Below, in pieces: positions 17,386 through 27,169 of a stretch of 64,000 nt of DNA. Position 1 is the stretch's first letter, and the number at the start of each line of letters is the position of its first letter. The notes below the pieces were generated by a model. The model searched no databases. It was not told the origin of the DNA and worked only from the letters and a program-made list of their open reading frames with translations. A program made the position numbers and the translations under genes. The DNA lies in IMG/VR virus record IMGVR_UViG_3300020196_000016, positions 1-64,000 of that record, one strand, 5' to 3'. The DNA is from a virus.

Positions 17386-18680
17386 TTTATCACCGGATAA
17401 TGGATATAATCATTTAATTGACTTCTGAGATAGAAAAGTTCACCACATTCAATAGCAAACTTACCAAACCATTTTATAATAATTTCTTCTGGTTCTTCAA
17501 ATTCACTATTATATTCAACTCTTACAACATAACCTATTGCTGGATAATGTGTTGTTGGTTCTTTTTTAGATATAAATAAATTACCAACACTTATTTTTTT
17601 CATTCTTTTACCGGATAATGAATAAATTGTTTTGTTATAACATAATGCTCAATAGCATCGGCATCAAGATGTTGTATTTTTGTCTTGCCTTCTGGATAAT
17701 ATATTATAACTTTGTAATATTCTGTTGATAGTGTTTTATTCTCTTCTTCCAGAATGAGAATTGATATTGTTTCATGTTTTTCTACAACAAACAAATCACC
17801 AATATTATATTTCATTTCTTCACCGGTATATGCTCTACATTACCGTTTAGTATATCATCTAATTCTTCTTCTGTCCAATATGTATCACGATATCCTACTT
17901 GTTCCGGATATGTGAGCCAATAATATTTGATACCATTTTCCTCATCTATCTTATAAAGATGGGATCGTAGTTCTGTATCAAAATTACGGTCAATAAATAT
18001 ATCACCAATATTATATTTCATATTGCTTTCAATTCTTTCTGGAAAATACGATATGGTAAATCTGGTTGTCCTTGAATAATAACTTCATATTCAGGTTCGT
18101 TGATATGGTATGTGTGATTTAGTTGTAATGTTATATAACATAACCTTCCACGGATTGGTTCATACACATAAGGACTGTTTAAGATCCGCACGATATCTCC
18201 AACAGAAAATTTGTGTTTTCTTCGTCTCGTCATTATTTCACCGGACAATGGATCGCATTATTTCTCTTTACCCAAGCGTCTATTACATCTGACTTATAAT
18301 AATCTAAATATTGCGATGGACGATTGGACCACATTATACCGACCAATTGGATATCGGGCAATATATCTTTTTGAACTTCCATAACTGTTCCAGTTTGCCA
18401 GTCCTCTTTATTGAGAAAACAAGTTTCAACAATCAAATCACCAACGCTATATTTCACGGTTTCACCTTTACCAGTGTATAAATCCCTTCTTCAATGAGTT
18501 CAGTAATTTTTTCTTCTAAAACCCATGTTGATTTTCCAATTGGTTTTCCATTAAGAAAAATTATTTTATAAAAAGCACCATTTTCACCTTCATTTAATAG
18601 TTCGCTTGGACCATAACTATAACTTGAAACATATAAGAGCGTATCTCCACCAGATAGAAAAAGATCACCAATGTTATATT

Positions 18681-19466
18681 TCATTTTACAACTGATGTTT
18701 GAACTTCGCTATGTTTTTTGCGTTTTTTTGCTTCACTCAATTTCTTTTTATGTTCTTCGCTAAGTTTTTTACCAATATTTGCTTTCCTCAACTTCTGTTT
18801 TGTTTCTTCGCTCATATTCTTATTTACTTCACTCAATTTCTTTTTATGTTCTTCGCTAAGTTTTTTACCAATATTTGCTTGACTTATTTTCTTTTTTGTT
18901 TCTTGACTGAGTTTTCTGCCAGTCAACGCTTCACTTATTTTCTTTCTTGCTTCTTTGCTGGACATTCTGTCTTTTGCCGCTTCACTTATTTTTTTTCTTG
19001 TCTCTTCGCTAATATTTCTCTTTGCTTCACTTATTTTTCTTTTTGATTGTTCGGTATGTTTTCTGCCTGTCAAAGCGACACTTCTTTTCTTTCTTGTTTC
19101 TTCACTTATGTTTCTGCTTGCTTCGCTCATTTTCTTTCTTGTTTCTTCGCTGTGTTTTACACCAAGAGGAGAACCGGCAACTTTACATATGTTATAGCCT
19201 CTATCGTCTTCATAAGACTTATAATAATCTAAATAAACTTGCTCGTATGCCAATAGGTGTTCTGGGTTTGATACTTCTTCTATTATATCAAATGTGAAAC
19301 TTTGTTCGCCATATTTATTCCAGGCTTTTTGTAAGTGTTCGGAATGATGTTTTCCTTCTTTTAGATAATGCTTATGTTGGGACCATCTTTTATCAATATT
19401 GACTGCCGAACCAATATAAACCTTGTTGTTTTTTATATTTTTTATTAAGTAAATGCCACTTTTCAT
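18681..19466 (-). CDS. GIY-YIG homing endonuclease with NUMOD3 repeats
   Basis: SGIYLI...VYIGS; repeated SEETRKK[IM]SEA. Confidence 0.92.
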   Translation of the reverse strand: MKSGIYLIKNIKNNKVYIGSAVNIDKRWSQHKHYLKEGKHHSEHLQKAWNKYGEQSFTFDIIEEVSNPEHLLAYEQVYLDYYKSYEDDRGYNICKVAGSPLGVKHSEETRKKMSEASRNISEETRKKRSVALTGRKHTEQSKRKISEAKRNISEETRKKISEAAKDRMSSKEARKKISEALTGRKLSQETKKKISQANIGKKLSEEHKKKLSEVNKNMSEETKQKLRKANIGKKLSEEHKKKLSEAKKRKKHSEVQTSVVK

Positions 19467-19495
19467 ATAATTCTCCCTTATATGAGTAAGTAGTT

Positions 19496-19678
19496 TTAAA
19501 TTAATGTTCTGCCTTCTTGTTTACCATTGAGAAACTTGATGGTAATATATTTAACTGTTTTACCATCTGGATTGAATTCATCTGTATATTGAATATCAAG
19601 AACATAAATACAAGTTCCATCTTTGGTATACATAAGATCGCCAAGGGATAAATTTATTTTACTGGATAATACTTCCAT
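19496..19678 (-). pseudogene. Array member apparently disrupted beside the GIY-YIG gene
   Basis: Junction reads GTAAAATAAAT rather than GTAAAATGAAT; resembles 18454-18684 (IxFLNGK) but lacks the C-terminus. Confidence 0.5.
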
Positions 19679-21350
19679 AATTTTTCTTCTATGAAATGAT
19701 CAACTTGTTTTCTTTTCCAAGTTAATTCAACTGGCGGATTTTGGTTGAGATATAGGAGAAACTTTACATTATAGACATTTACAGCAACAGCAATCATTTT
19801 TGCTTCGCTGGTTGTTTCTATAAATAAATCTCCTATACTATATTTCATTCTATATACTTGCCCACAATATCCTTTTCAACGAAATAATAGAACTCATTTA
19901 CAAAACCACAAACAATCACTTTATATTCGTTTGTATCAGTTATCTTCCAGCGTTCCATGATAAGTACTGGCTTATCCTGAAATCGTTCAAGGTGGAGCAT
20001 TTTACGAATTTTTACAACATCTCCAATAGCATATGCGTAATCAGTTGTGTTCATTTTTTCACCGGATAATACTTCCAGTTTCTGTGTGATATTGTATCTG
20101 GATTGAACATATGTTCTATGTTATCTGGATACATTATTCGTTTTCTCATTCGTATGCCTTTTGTTGGATTGAGAAGAATAAGAATATATTTTTTAGTATT
20201 ACGTTCTTCGTCATACTGAACATCAGCCACATAATACACTTCACTATTAAGCAATACAAATAAATCACCTAAATTAATCTTCATTTCAATATGGCTTTAA
20301 AGTGTTCTAAAAATTCTGGTCTTTCTTTAAACTGTTTAAAAAGTTCATTTTTACTCATAAAAACACTTCTTACTTTCATAGTATGGGTATCATAATATTC
20401 AAGTATTAGTTTGGTTCCTTTCTTTCCAACAATAGTAAAAGTTATATTATCTCTTTTTTGAAGAATAAGATCACCAACATTAAAATTCATTTTTCACCTT
20501 TGGAACAGGATAATATTGATTTAGATTATGTTTGCGTTTACCTTCTACTATGGAAAGCCATAGATTTATTGTTCTTTCATCCGATTCATCTATTCTTGTT
20601 TCACCGGTTTTCCATTGCCAGAATATCTTATAGTTTAACTTCTTGTTATTATCAATATCTATTATAATACCGATCTTTTCTACGAAAGGTATTACGATCA
20701 GATCACCCCCATTATACTTGGTTTTAATCATTTGACAACCGGAAAGTATTTGTATTTTCCTGCTTTTATATCTTCAGTCAACTTAACATCAATAATAGCA
20801 TATGGTAGCATGTCTGGAACTTCTTGTTTCTTGCTCACCATTAGATAGATCGCCTTGTCTCCGTACATGTATGTAGTAATATAATGTATAACAGCGATTG
20901 TGCCCTGATCACTAACTAACAGATCACCTATTTTGAACCTAAACTTTCCCATTCTTTGTCAGTCTGCAAATCTCATAATGATCCCACAGCTTCTTCTCCC
21001 AGTTATTCATTTTATCATTTTGCCAGTTAATTTTATAGAGTGTGCAGTATTCTTTTTCCTTGACTTCAGTAATAATGCCAAGTGTATTGCTAACCGGACA
21101 AGCAACGAGATCACCAATTTCATAATTCATTATTTCACCACGGGATAGTGTTGGAGAATATCGTCAGCGTAAATAATTCTATCGTTTAGTATATGGACCA
21201 ACTTTTCAAATCTAACAAAATAGGATTTTGCATCCAATGTATGAACACCTAATCCTACAATAAGCCCTACACTATTTTCATGTTTTGGCATAAAACGCCA
21301 AAGTTCTGGTTTTAATACAACTAAATCGCCAACTTGATATTTTGGTTTAT

Positions 21351-21575
21351 TCATACACGAAACCTACAACAACCTTTCCGGCAAGTAAAAATCTTTTCTT
21401 TGTCCGGAACATGAACAAGAGCGGTTGACCAAGAGGTTTGCTGATCAATCATATATAATCTAACAAGTTCTTTATTTAATTCAATTTGTTGACGAAGCGG
21501 CCCAAGAGCCACTTTCAAATATGTATGATACATGTAATAGCCTATCATTAATATAAGTAGAGTTACAGAGAACAC
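21351..21575 (-). CDS. Small membrane-anchored hypothetical protein
   Basis: Hydrophobic N-terminus. Confidence 0.55.
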   Translation of the reverse strand: MFSVTLLILMIGYYMYHTYLKVALGPLRQQIELNKELVRLYMIDQQTSWSTALVHVPDKEKIFTCRKGCCRFRV

Positions 21576-22056
21576 ATTAGTAACTATTATTTACAAACTG
21601 GGAAAACATAAGTTTTTTCATATGATTTGAATGTTTCTATTCTTTCGTTACTTTCAAGAGAATTTATATCTTTGAACCAACGCATTTTAAAAGGATTATC
21701 TTTTGCAGGTTCGTATGCTTCAATATATCCAATATCGCTATCAGATTGTCCCTCTTTAAAAACAATGAGATCACCGACTTGATAATGGCTGTAATCTTTT
21801 GTTGGGATTTTCATATTCAGTCCAGTGTATCAAGTTCAGGAGTTTCAATCTCGTAACGGTTTCCAATATCATCAACAACAAGACACAAATTACCGCATTG
21901 TGAAACATCCTTCACAACACCAAACCTCATCTTGCGAATATAGTGAACTGTCTTTCCAAGTTTCACCTTCTCAAGAATATTCCAAGAAACACGCTTTTCC
22001 ATCATATGGTGACTGATCATACTATTTTCTCCTTTATTGTTGAATGAAACGGCAAA

Positions 22057-22078
22057 TGCCCCGAACAAGATCGGGGCA
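22057..22078 (-). terminator. Hairpin, probable terminator
   Basis: TGCCCCGA/TCGGGGCA. Confidence 0.55.
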
Positions 22079-22099
22079 AGTGCAAACTAACTTTATTGT

Positions 22100-22303
22100 T
22101 TAGTGAACTGGAATGTTTTTGTGTGTATCCTTGAAAACAAGACAATACATATCAAGATACTTATTCCAGTTTTGTGCATCCTTTACAAGTTGTTCGTTTG
22201 TGGAGTTTTCATCCTCCTGAAGTTTCAAGAAAGTTTGACGCATAAGTGAACATTCAAGACCATTCACAAGATTGATAATACTATTAGCAGTTTGCTTATC
22301 CAT
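22100..22303 (-). CDS. Hypothetical protein
   Basis: AGGAG RBS. Confidence 0.65.
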   Translation of the reverse strand: MDKQTANSIINLVNGLECSLMRQTFLKLQEDENSTNEQLVKDAQNWNKYLDMYCLVFKDTHKNIPVH

Positions 22304-22321
22304 ATAGTATCTCCTATCTAA

Positions 22322-22780
22322 TCACTTAGCAAGGTAAATAACATGACCCACAACATACTGATTACCGATGTTGAGATCACAAAGCTGTTCCAAAATCTTA
22401 TTCTTCATCATTTCCATTGCAGCATGGTTATTGGAACGACGAGCATGATGATACAGCTTACCAAGAGAGATAATCGGGTTCTTATCCTTGTTATCCAGTG
22501 TATCAAAATTGTTGATCGTGGCGTTCACATTCTGCTTTGCAGCGAGCTTGACTTCACGATCAGCAATATGCTTATTGGTTTCTTCCATCTGATCCTTTTC
22601 TGCCTTCTTTGACGCAGCAACGGTCGTCAGAGCAGCCATAAAGTAAGACATATTCTCCTTCATAGCCTTCAACGTATCATAATCCATCGCACGCAGATCG
22701 TCCATGGAAACACAAGCAAGAGTTTCAACCGCGTCATTCATCATATTGTTGGTCCCGTTGTTCGTGTTGGTGTTCGTCAT
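22322..22780 (-). CDS. Hypothetical early protein
   Basis: GGAG RBS; follows consensus promoter. Confidence 0.75.
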   Translation of the reverse strand: MTNTNTNNGTNNMMNDAVETLACVSMDDLRAMDYDTLKAMKENMSYFMAALTTVAASKKAEKDQMEETNKHIADREVKLAAKQNVNATINNFDTLDNKDKNPIISLGKLYHHARRSNNHAAMEMMKNKILEQLCDLNIGNQYVVGHVIYLAK

Positions 22781-22824
22781 ATCTTACTCCATTAGTGCTG
22801 GGTGATCTGCCGTGGGTTCGCAGC

Positions 22825-22853
22825 ATTATAGCACGGCAAACGAAAAGACGCAA
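22825..22853 (-). promoter_or_regulatory. Early sigma70-type promoter
   Basis: TTGCGT-N17-TATAAT, TG extension, downstream AGATCAC. Confidence 0.8.
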
Positions 22854-22882
22854 GGATCAAGTGAACGCCGGGATTTAGTTGC

Positions 22883-23362
22883 TTATTTTACAACTGGAAG
22901 GAGTTTCCAACGGAATTTATGAAATGTGGTATTCGAATAGTATTTGTTGAAAAGATAAAAAAGTTCCTTGGTGAAGCTATATTTTTCTACCTGTCCATTA
23001 TCAGACCACATGATTTTAATATAATGATTAGTTTGTTTATCAAACCAAGCACAACGCCTTACACTCTTTCCAATAACAATGCCAACACGCTTTTTATTGC
23101 TATAACGCGTTTCTACACCTTCCTTGCGACCAATAACCATATCACCAATATGGAAATCACCAGCAGTAATAAACTTTGGATCACACAAACCGGGATAGTA
23201 AGTGTATTCCAATCGTTCAACAAGATCGTCAAGTTCATCTACTGAACGACTGATAAGTGTTCCGGCACGAGTTTGTAGATAATAAATCTTATCCTTGTAA
23301 TCAAGAACAATATAAGCCTTGTTCTTCTTGATAAATGTATCACCAAACTTATACTTGCTCAT
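22883..23362 (-). CDS. Two fused KOW/SH3-like family units
   Basis: YKFGDTF...YYPG then FHIGDMV...LLPVVK. Confidence 0.65.
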   Translation of the reverse strand: MSKYKFGDTFIKKNKAYIVLDYKDKIYYLQTRAGTLISRSVDELDDLVERLEYTYYPGLCDPKFITAGDFHIGDMVIGRKEGVETRYSNKKRVGIVIGKSVRRCAWFDKQTNHYIKIMWSDNGQVEKYSFTKELFYLFNKYYSNTTFHKFRWKLLPVVK

Positions 23363-23371
23363 AATATTCCT

Positions 23372-23584
23372 TTATTTCACCACCGGGTAATGAATCCAAG
23401 ACTTCCAAACAAGATTACTGGTAATCGTGATAGGATCATAATTATTGATCCTATTTGATCTTACATTTTCTACTCCATCAGACCATTCAACATAAATATT
23501 GTTTTGTATTTGTGTAATTTTTATAATTGTTCCTAAAATATTGCTTTTTGTATCGCGGAACAAATCACCAACTTGATAACTCAT
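23372..23584 (-). CDS. Small KOW/SH3-like family protein
   Basis: MSYQVGDLF...HYPVVK. Confidence 0.7.
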   Translation of the reverse strand: MSYQVGDLFRDTKSNILGTIIKITQIQNNIYVEWSDGVENVRSNRINNYDPITITSNLVWKSWIHYPVVK

Positions 23585-23817
23585 TTCACCACCGGAATAT
23601 GTTTCCATCCCCAATATTCAACTTTATCTTTCAATTGTTTTGTACTCATTTGTTTTTTATGTGCATATTTTGCACCATCAAAATACTCAATACAATGTTG
23701 GTATTGTTCGCCTTTACTAAATTGAAAAATTTTTGTAATATAACAAACTGAATCATCCGCCCTTATAAACATATCGCCAACAGAGAAGTATTTTGTTGAT
23801 TTAAATTCTTGGATCAT
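23581..23817 (-). CDS. Small KOW/SH3-like family protein
   Basis: FSVGDMF...HIPVVK. Confidence 0.7.
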   Translation of the reverse strand: MIQEFKSTKYFSVGDMFIRADDSVCYITKIFQFSKGEQYQHCIEYFDGAKYAHKKQMSTKQLKDKVEYWGWKHIPVVK

Positions 23818-23823
23818 ATTTTT

Positions 23824-24546
23824 TTACTGAATAATGTTAAGGTGTTTCTTTGCGACAGCCGATGCCTTATTCTTTGCAGCACCGTGAGCAGTAAAGCCAA
23901 TCACATACTTACGATCAGAGCGAGAACAAAGAGCACCATTAACTCCACCGCAGTTAGAGCAGTTAGTCTTTTCATTATATTCAGCAGGACAACGAACAAT
24001 CATATTGCCTGCTGGTGTCTTATCGTTCTTCCAATCGTTTGGCGTATCGTGGGGCATGATCGTGACGACCGGAGCAATATTCAGCGTCAAGTATTCGTCA
24101 GCTTGCGCTGCGTTATTACTTGAAAGGTTGATCGTGAAACCATTATCGTTAGCATACATGATGCCGATATTGTTTTCAAGAATAGTTGGATCCTTGTGGG
24201 TATAAGCAAACCCACGCTTTCCCCTATTAGCATCAACCAACTTCTTCAACATTTCAAGATTAATATTTTCCTTGCTTCCCGGAAGATCGCCAGCAACACC
24301 ATATCGCCAAAGCTGATTAGGCTTGATATTCTTAATCTGCTTCAAGAGAGCAGCAAAAGAAATACCGTTATCGTTCACACGATCCCAATGAATACGAACC
24401 AATCCACCACGAGCATAACAACCACCATTATACAGGTGGCAGGAAGGGGGACAAGTGTTTCGGGAAACAATAACAGCAGGAATGTTTCCAATCTTTTCAT
24501 TCTTGGAACGCGCAGTAAAACCAAACTTAATCATAACAAACTCCAA
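23824..24546 (-). CDS. Cys-rich gp88-like protein, possibly Fe-S binding
   Basis: N.KIG, TCPPSC...GCYA, R...AGD, YTH, CPA...CSNC...LC, IGF.AHG. Confidence 0.65.
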   Translation of the reverse strand: MEFVMIKFGFTARSKNEKIGNIPAVIVSRNTCPPSCHLYNGGCYARGGLVRIHWDRVNDNGISFAALLKQIKNIKPNQLWRYGVAGDLPGSKENINLEMLKKLVDANRGKRGFAYTHKDPTILENNIGIMYANDNGFTINLSSNNAAQADEYLTLNIAPVVTIMPHDTPNDWKNDKTPAGNMIVRCPAEYNEKTNCSNCGGVNGALCSRSDRKYVIGFTAHGAAKNKASAVAKKHLNIIQ

Positions 24547-24612
24547 TTTTGGATTGTTGATTGGTTGTTTATTTACCAGTTTGTGTTCTGTGATCTACGT
24601 CTGACTTCCCGC

Positions 24613-24641
24613 ATTATAGCACGGAAAGACGAGAAAAGCAA
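24613..24641 (-). promoter_or_regulatory. Early sigma70-type promoter
   Basis: TTGCTT-N17-TATAAT, TG extension, downstream AGATCAC. Confidence 0.8.
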
Positions 24642-24665
24642 GAGGGAATAAATGGATAACTTGGA

Positions 24666-24872
24666 TTAAGTTTTTACTGGAAAGTATTTCCAACTTCCGT
24701 TTTTTAGATAATTATTGGTCATACAATACGCATCATATGGACCACGAACATATTTGCCTTCTTTATCGGGAAATTCAAGATATAATGTGCCGGGTCGTAT
24801 TTTGACTAAATATAGCATGATAGTAGACATGCTATCTGTATATACAAACAAATCACCAACTTGATATTTCAT
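24666..24872 (-). CDS. Small KOW/SH3-like family protein
   Basis: MKYQVGDLF...YFPVKT. Confidence 0.7.
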   Translation of the reverse strand: MKYQVGDLFVYTDSMSTIMLYLVKIRPGTLYLEFPDKEGKYVRGPYDAYCMTNNYLKNGSWKYFPVKT

Positions 24873-25114
24873 TGTAACACCTGATAATGAACATAACCAT
24901 CTCTTTCAACCATAATTTTAAGAGTTAGATATTCCTTTTGTGAATTAAAAGTTTTACTCAAACCATCTGAATGAGTATAATGATGTTGAAGATCATAAGC
25001 AAAACATTTTAGATGTATTTTATATTCATACCCAATTAATGTTATAATTGCTTGTCCTCCGTTTGATTTATAAACAAGAATATCACCGATACTGAATTTA
25101 ATTGATTGCGCCAT
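24869..25114 (-). CDS. Small KOW/SH3-like family protein
   Basis: FSIGDIL...HYQVLQ. Confidence 0.65.
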   Translation of the reverse strand: MAQSIKFSIGDILVYKSNGGQAIITLIGYEYKIHLKCFAYDLQHHYTHSDGLSKTFNSQKEYLTLKIMVERDGYVHYQVLQ

Positions 25115-25259
25115 TATTTCACCAAAGAATAAATGGTATACTTAAAATCATTAATATTTCTCATCGTCTCTCGCTTACACGACTGACCAAATACACCAAA
25201 GACGGCAAGAAAGGTTAGAAACAAAAACCATCCAAATGCTTTACGAACATCCATATATT

Positions 25260-25451
25260 TCACCCAGAAATGATTTCAGCCCAATGAACAGTTAGATAAT
25301 CTTGTAGTGCTTCTTCATCATCTTTATATACAAAACCAGGACTTACCTTTGCTGCTGTTGCTTTCTGGATTTCAATTGCTTCACGGATTGAAACAATAAT
25401 TTCTTCGAATCCATCTTCATTATCAGCAGGTTGAATATATCGAACTTTCAT
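25260..25451 (-). CDS. Hypothetical protein
   Basis: AGGAG RBS. Confidence 0.6.
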   Translation of the reverse strand: MKVRYIQPADNEDGFEEIIVSIREAIEIQKATAAKVSPGFVYKDDEEALQDYLTVHWAEIISG

Positions 25452-25460
25452 TATTTTCTC

Positions 25461-26285
25461 CTATGGAATAGAATTAAAAATATGAGCGATAACGTCTGCC
25501 GTCCAACCATTTCCAATCATCTTATAACGATGACAGTCGGCAACGTTGCTGGTATAGTTATCTGGAATAGTTTGGAGTCGTTCACATTCAATTGGAGTTA
25601 GACGACGCTTGAAACCAAGATCAACATAAATACCATCAGTTGGTTGTTTGTAATAACCAGCAATAAGTGTTCCACACTTGTCTTGGGTTCCATCATAAAA
25701 GAAACCACGACCACGCTCTGTATTCATAACCCTATCAATCTTGGCTTGTGAAAGGGCATATTTCCGATCAGCATTTAGTTCAAGAATATCTTTCATCTTG
25801 ATATTTTTATCGTCTGGCTGATTGATGTTTGGAATATTAGTCCAATACAAACGAGGACGATTCTGTGCTGATACAAGTTTACTGTTGATTTCAATAGGTT
25901 GAACACCCAATTCATCAGAAATAATATCTCGCCATTCCCGCTTCATCTTTACATTTTCGAGAAGAAAATAGGTTGGTTTAATTTCTTTCAAGATACGGGC
26001 ATATTCCCAAAACAAACCACTCTTACCATTAAATCCTGTTCCACTTCCAGCAGTTGAAAATGACTGGCAAGGACTTCCACCAATAAGCAAATCAATATTG
26101 GGAAGATTAGAGGAATTAATATCTTTTACATCTCCAAGGTGAATGGTCTTTGGATAGTTATGTTTAGCAACTTTGATTGCGTGTGAATCAATTTCTGCTG
26201 CGTAATAATCGGTGTATTCAATACCAGCACGATTAAGAGCAACTTGACCGCAACTCATACCATCAAAAAGACTTAAAACTTTCAT
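25461..26285 (-). CDS. C5-cytosine DNA methyltransferase
   Basis: LSLFDG, GGSPCQ, LENV, QNRPR, RRLTPIECERLQ, GNG. Confidence 0.93.
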   Translation of the reverse strand: MKVLSLFDGMSCGQVALNRAGIEYTDYYAAEIDSHAIKVAKHNYPKTIHLGDVKDINSSNLPNIDLLIGGSPCQSFSTAGSGTGFNGKSGLFWEYARILKEIKPTYFLLENVKMKREWRDIISDELGVQPIEINSKLVSAQNRPRLYWTNIPNINQPDDKNIKMKDILELNADRKYALSQAKIDRVMNTERGRGFFYDGTQDKCGTLIAGYYKQPTDGIYVDLGFKRRLTPIECERLQTIPDNYTSNVADCHRYKMIGNGWTADVIAHIFNSIP

Positions 26286-26286
26286 A

Positions 26287-26535
26287 TCACACCTTTGTAA
26301 ATGATTTATTCAGATCACAATAACTTTCATCCCACCTTGAAGGTGTTGCGTTCTTTTGTGAAAGTAAAGTCCATCCAATATGAGTATCACCATATACATC
26401 TTCAAACTCACCATAATGGGTTACAACAAAATAATCACCTTGATCTACATCTTCTTCTAAATCTTCATTCTTTCCAGCAGTAATCCTCATATCATCTTTT
26501 GAACGGAGAATATCACCAACTCGGTATTTCATCAC
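26287..26535 (-). CDS. Small KOW/SH3-like family protein
   Basis: MKYRVGDIL. Confidence 0.6.
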   Translation of the reverse strand: MMKYRVGDILRSKDDMRITAGKNEDLEEDVDQGDYFVVTHYGEFEDVYGDTHIGWTLLSQKNATPSRWDESYCDLNKSFTKV

Positions 26536-26741
26536 TTCACCACAGGATAGTGTTTATAAACATTATAATCAACAAAATATTTTAAATGATATCCAGCGAA
26601 TACTTCTTCTCTGCTTTCTGATGGGATATAGAAAGTGTAATATATATCTTTATCGTCTCTATCTATATCAATAACAATAAAACTCCGGGTTCCTTCTTTG
26701 ACACGGGTATCAATAAACATATCACCAATGTTGTATTCCAT
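26532..26741 (-). CDS. Small KOW/SH3-like family protein
   Basis: MEYNIGDMF...HYPVVK. Confidence 0.7.
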   Translation of the reverse strand: MEYNIGDMFIDTRVKEGTRSFIVIDIDRDDKDIYYTFYIPSESREEVFAGYHLKYFVDYNVYKHYPVVK

Positions 26742-27088
26742 TAGATACCACTTCTATTCTTGTAATCAACAGCATCAGCAACTTTGACGCAAGAACCTTG
26801 TGTTTTATTGAGGTTTTTATACTTGGTACAGTTCGCAATATTATTAGTCATATTGGAACCCTTATTCTTCAACTTTGTAGCATTAATAAGATATTCTGTA
26901 AGTCGTGGGTCTGAATTAATTTGCAGTTCGCTCGCCGTTTTGTGTCCGTAAATTGGAACACCCGTATATTTTACAGCAGTTTCGCCTTCTTCGCCACATT
27001 CAGCACATTGTGTATATTTACCACGAGCGTTCTTGTCCTTCAACTTTGGATCATATTCAAGACCACAAGTTTCACAACATAGAAACAT
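26741..27088 (-). CDS. Zinc-ribbon protein
   Basis: CETC...CAEC; GAGG RBS; promoter TTGCGT-N17-TACGAT at 27124-27152. Confidence 0.65.
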   Translation of the reverse strand: MFLCCETCGLEYDPKLKDKNARGKYTQCAECGEEGETAVKYTGVPIYGHKTASELQINSDPRLTEYLINATKLKNKGSNMTNNIANCTKYKNLNKTQGSCVKVADAVDYKNRSGI

Positions 27089-27169
27089 ATAAATACCTCG
27101 TCGGATCTGTGGGGGATCGGGGTATCGTAGCACACTAAACGAAGAAACGCAAGCGGAAGTAAATGCGGG

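Larger units (their letters stand above)
16162..21814 (-). repeat. Tandem array of about 20 small KOW/SH3-like paralogous ORFs (60-85 aa)
   Basis: ORFs at 16162, 16402, 16631, 16876, 17063, 17382, 17600, 17812, 18018, 18233, 18454, 19654, 19845, 20051, 20281, 20480, 20728, 20939, 21130 and 21587 begin M-K-Y-x-[IV]-G-[DN]-[LIV]-like; many end [HY][YF]PV(V)K; mostly ATGA overlaps. Confidence 0.85.

Noticed and set aside
16162-26741. Diversity-generating retroelement behind the small-gene family
   Set aside because: No reverse transcriptase in the window and no TR/VR pair differing only at adenines.
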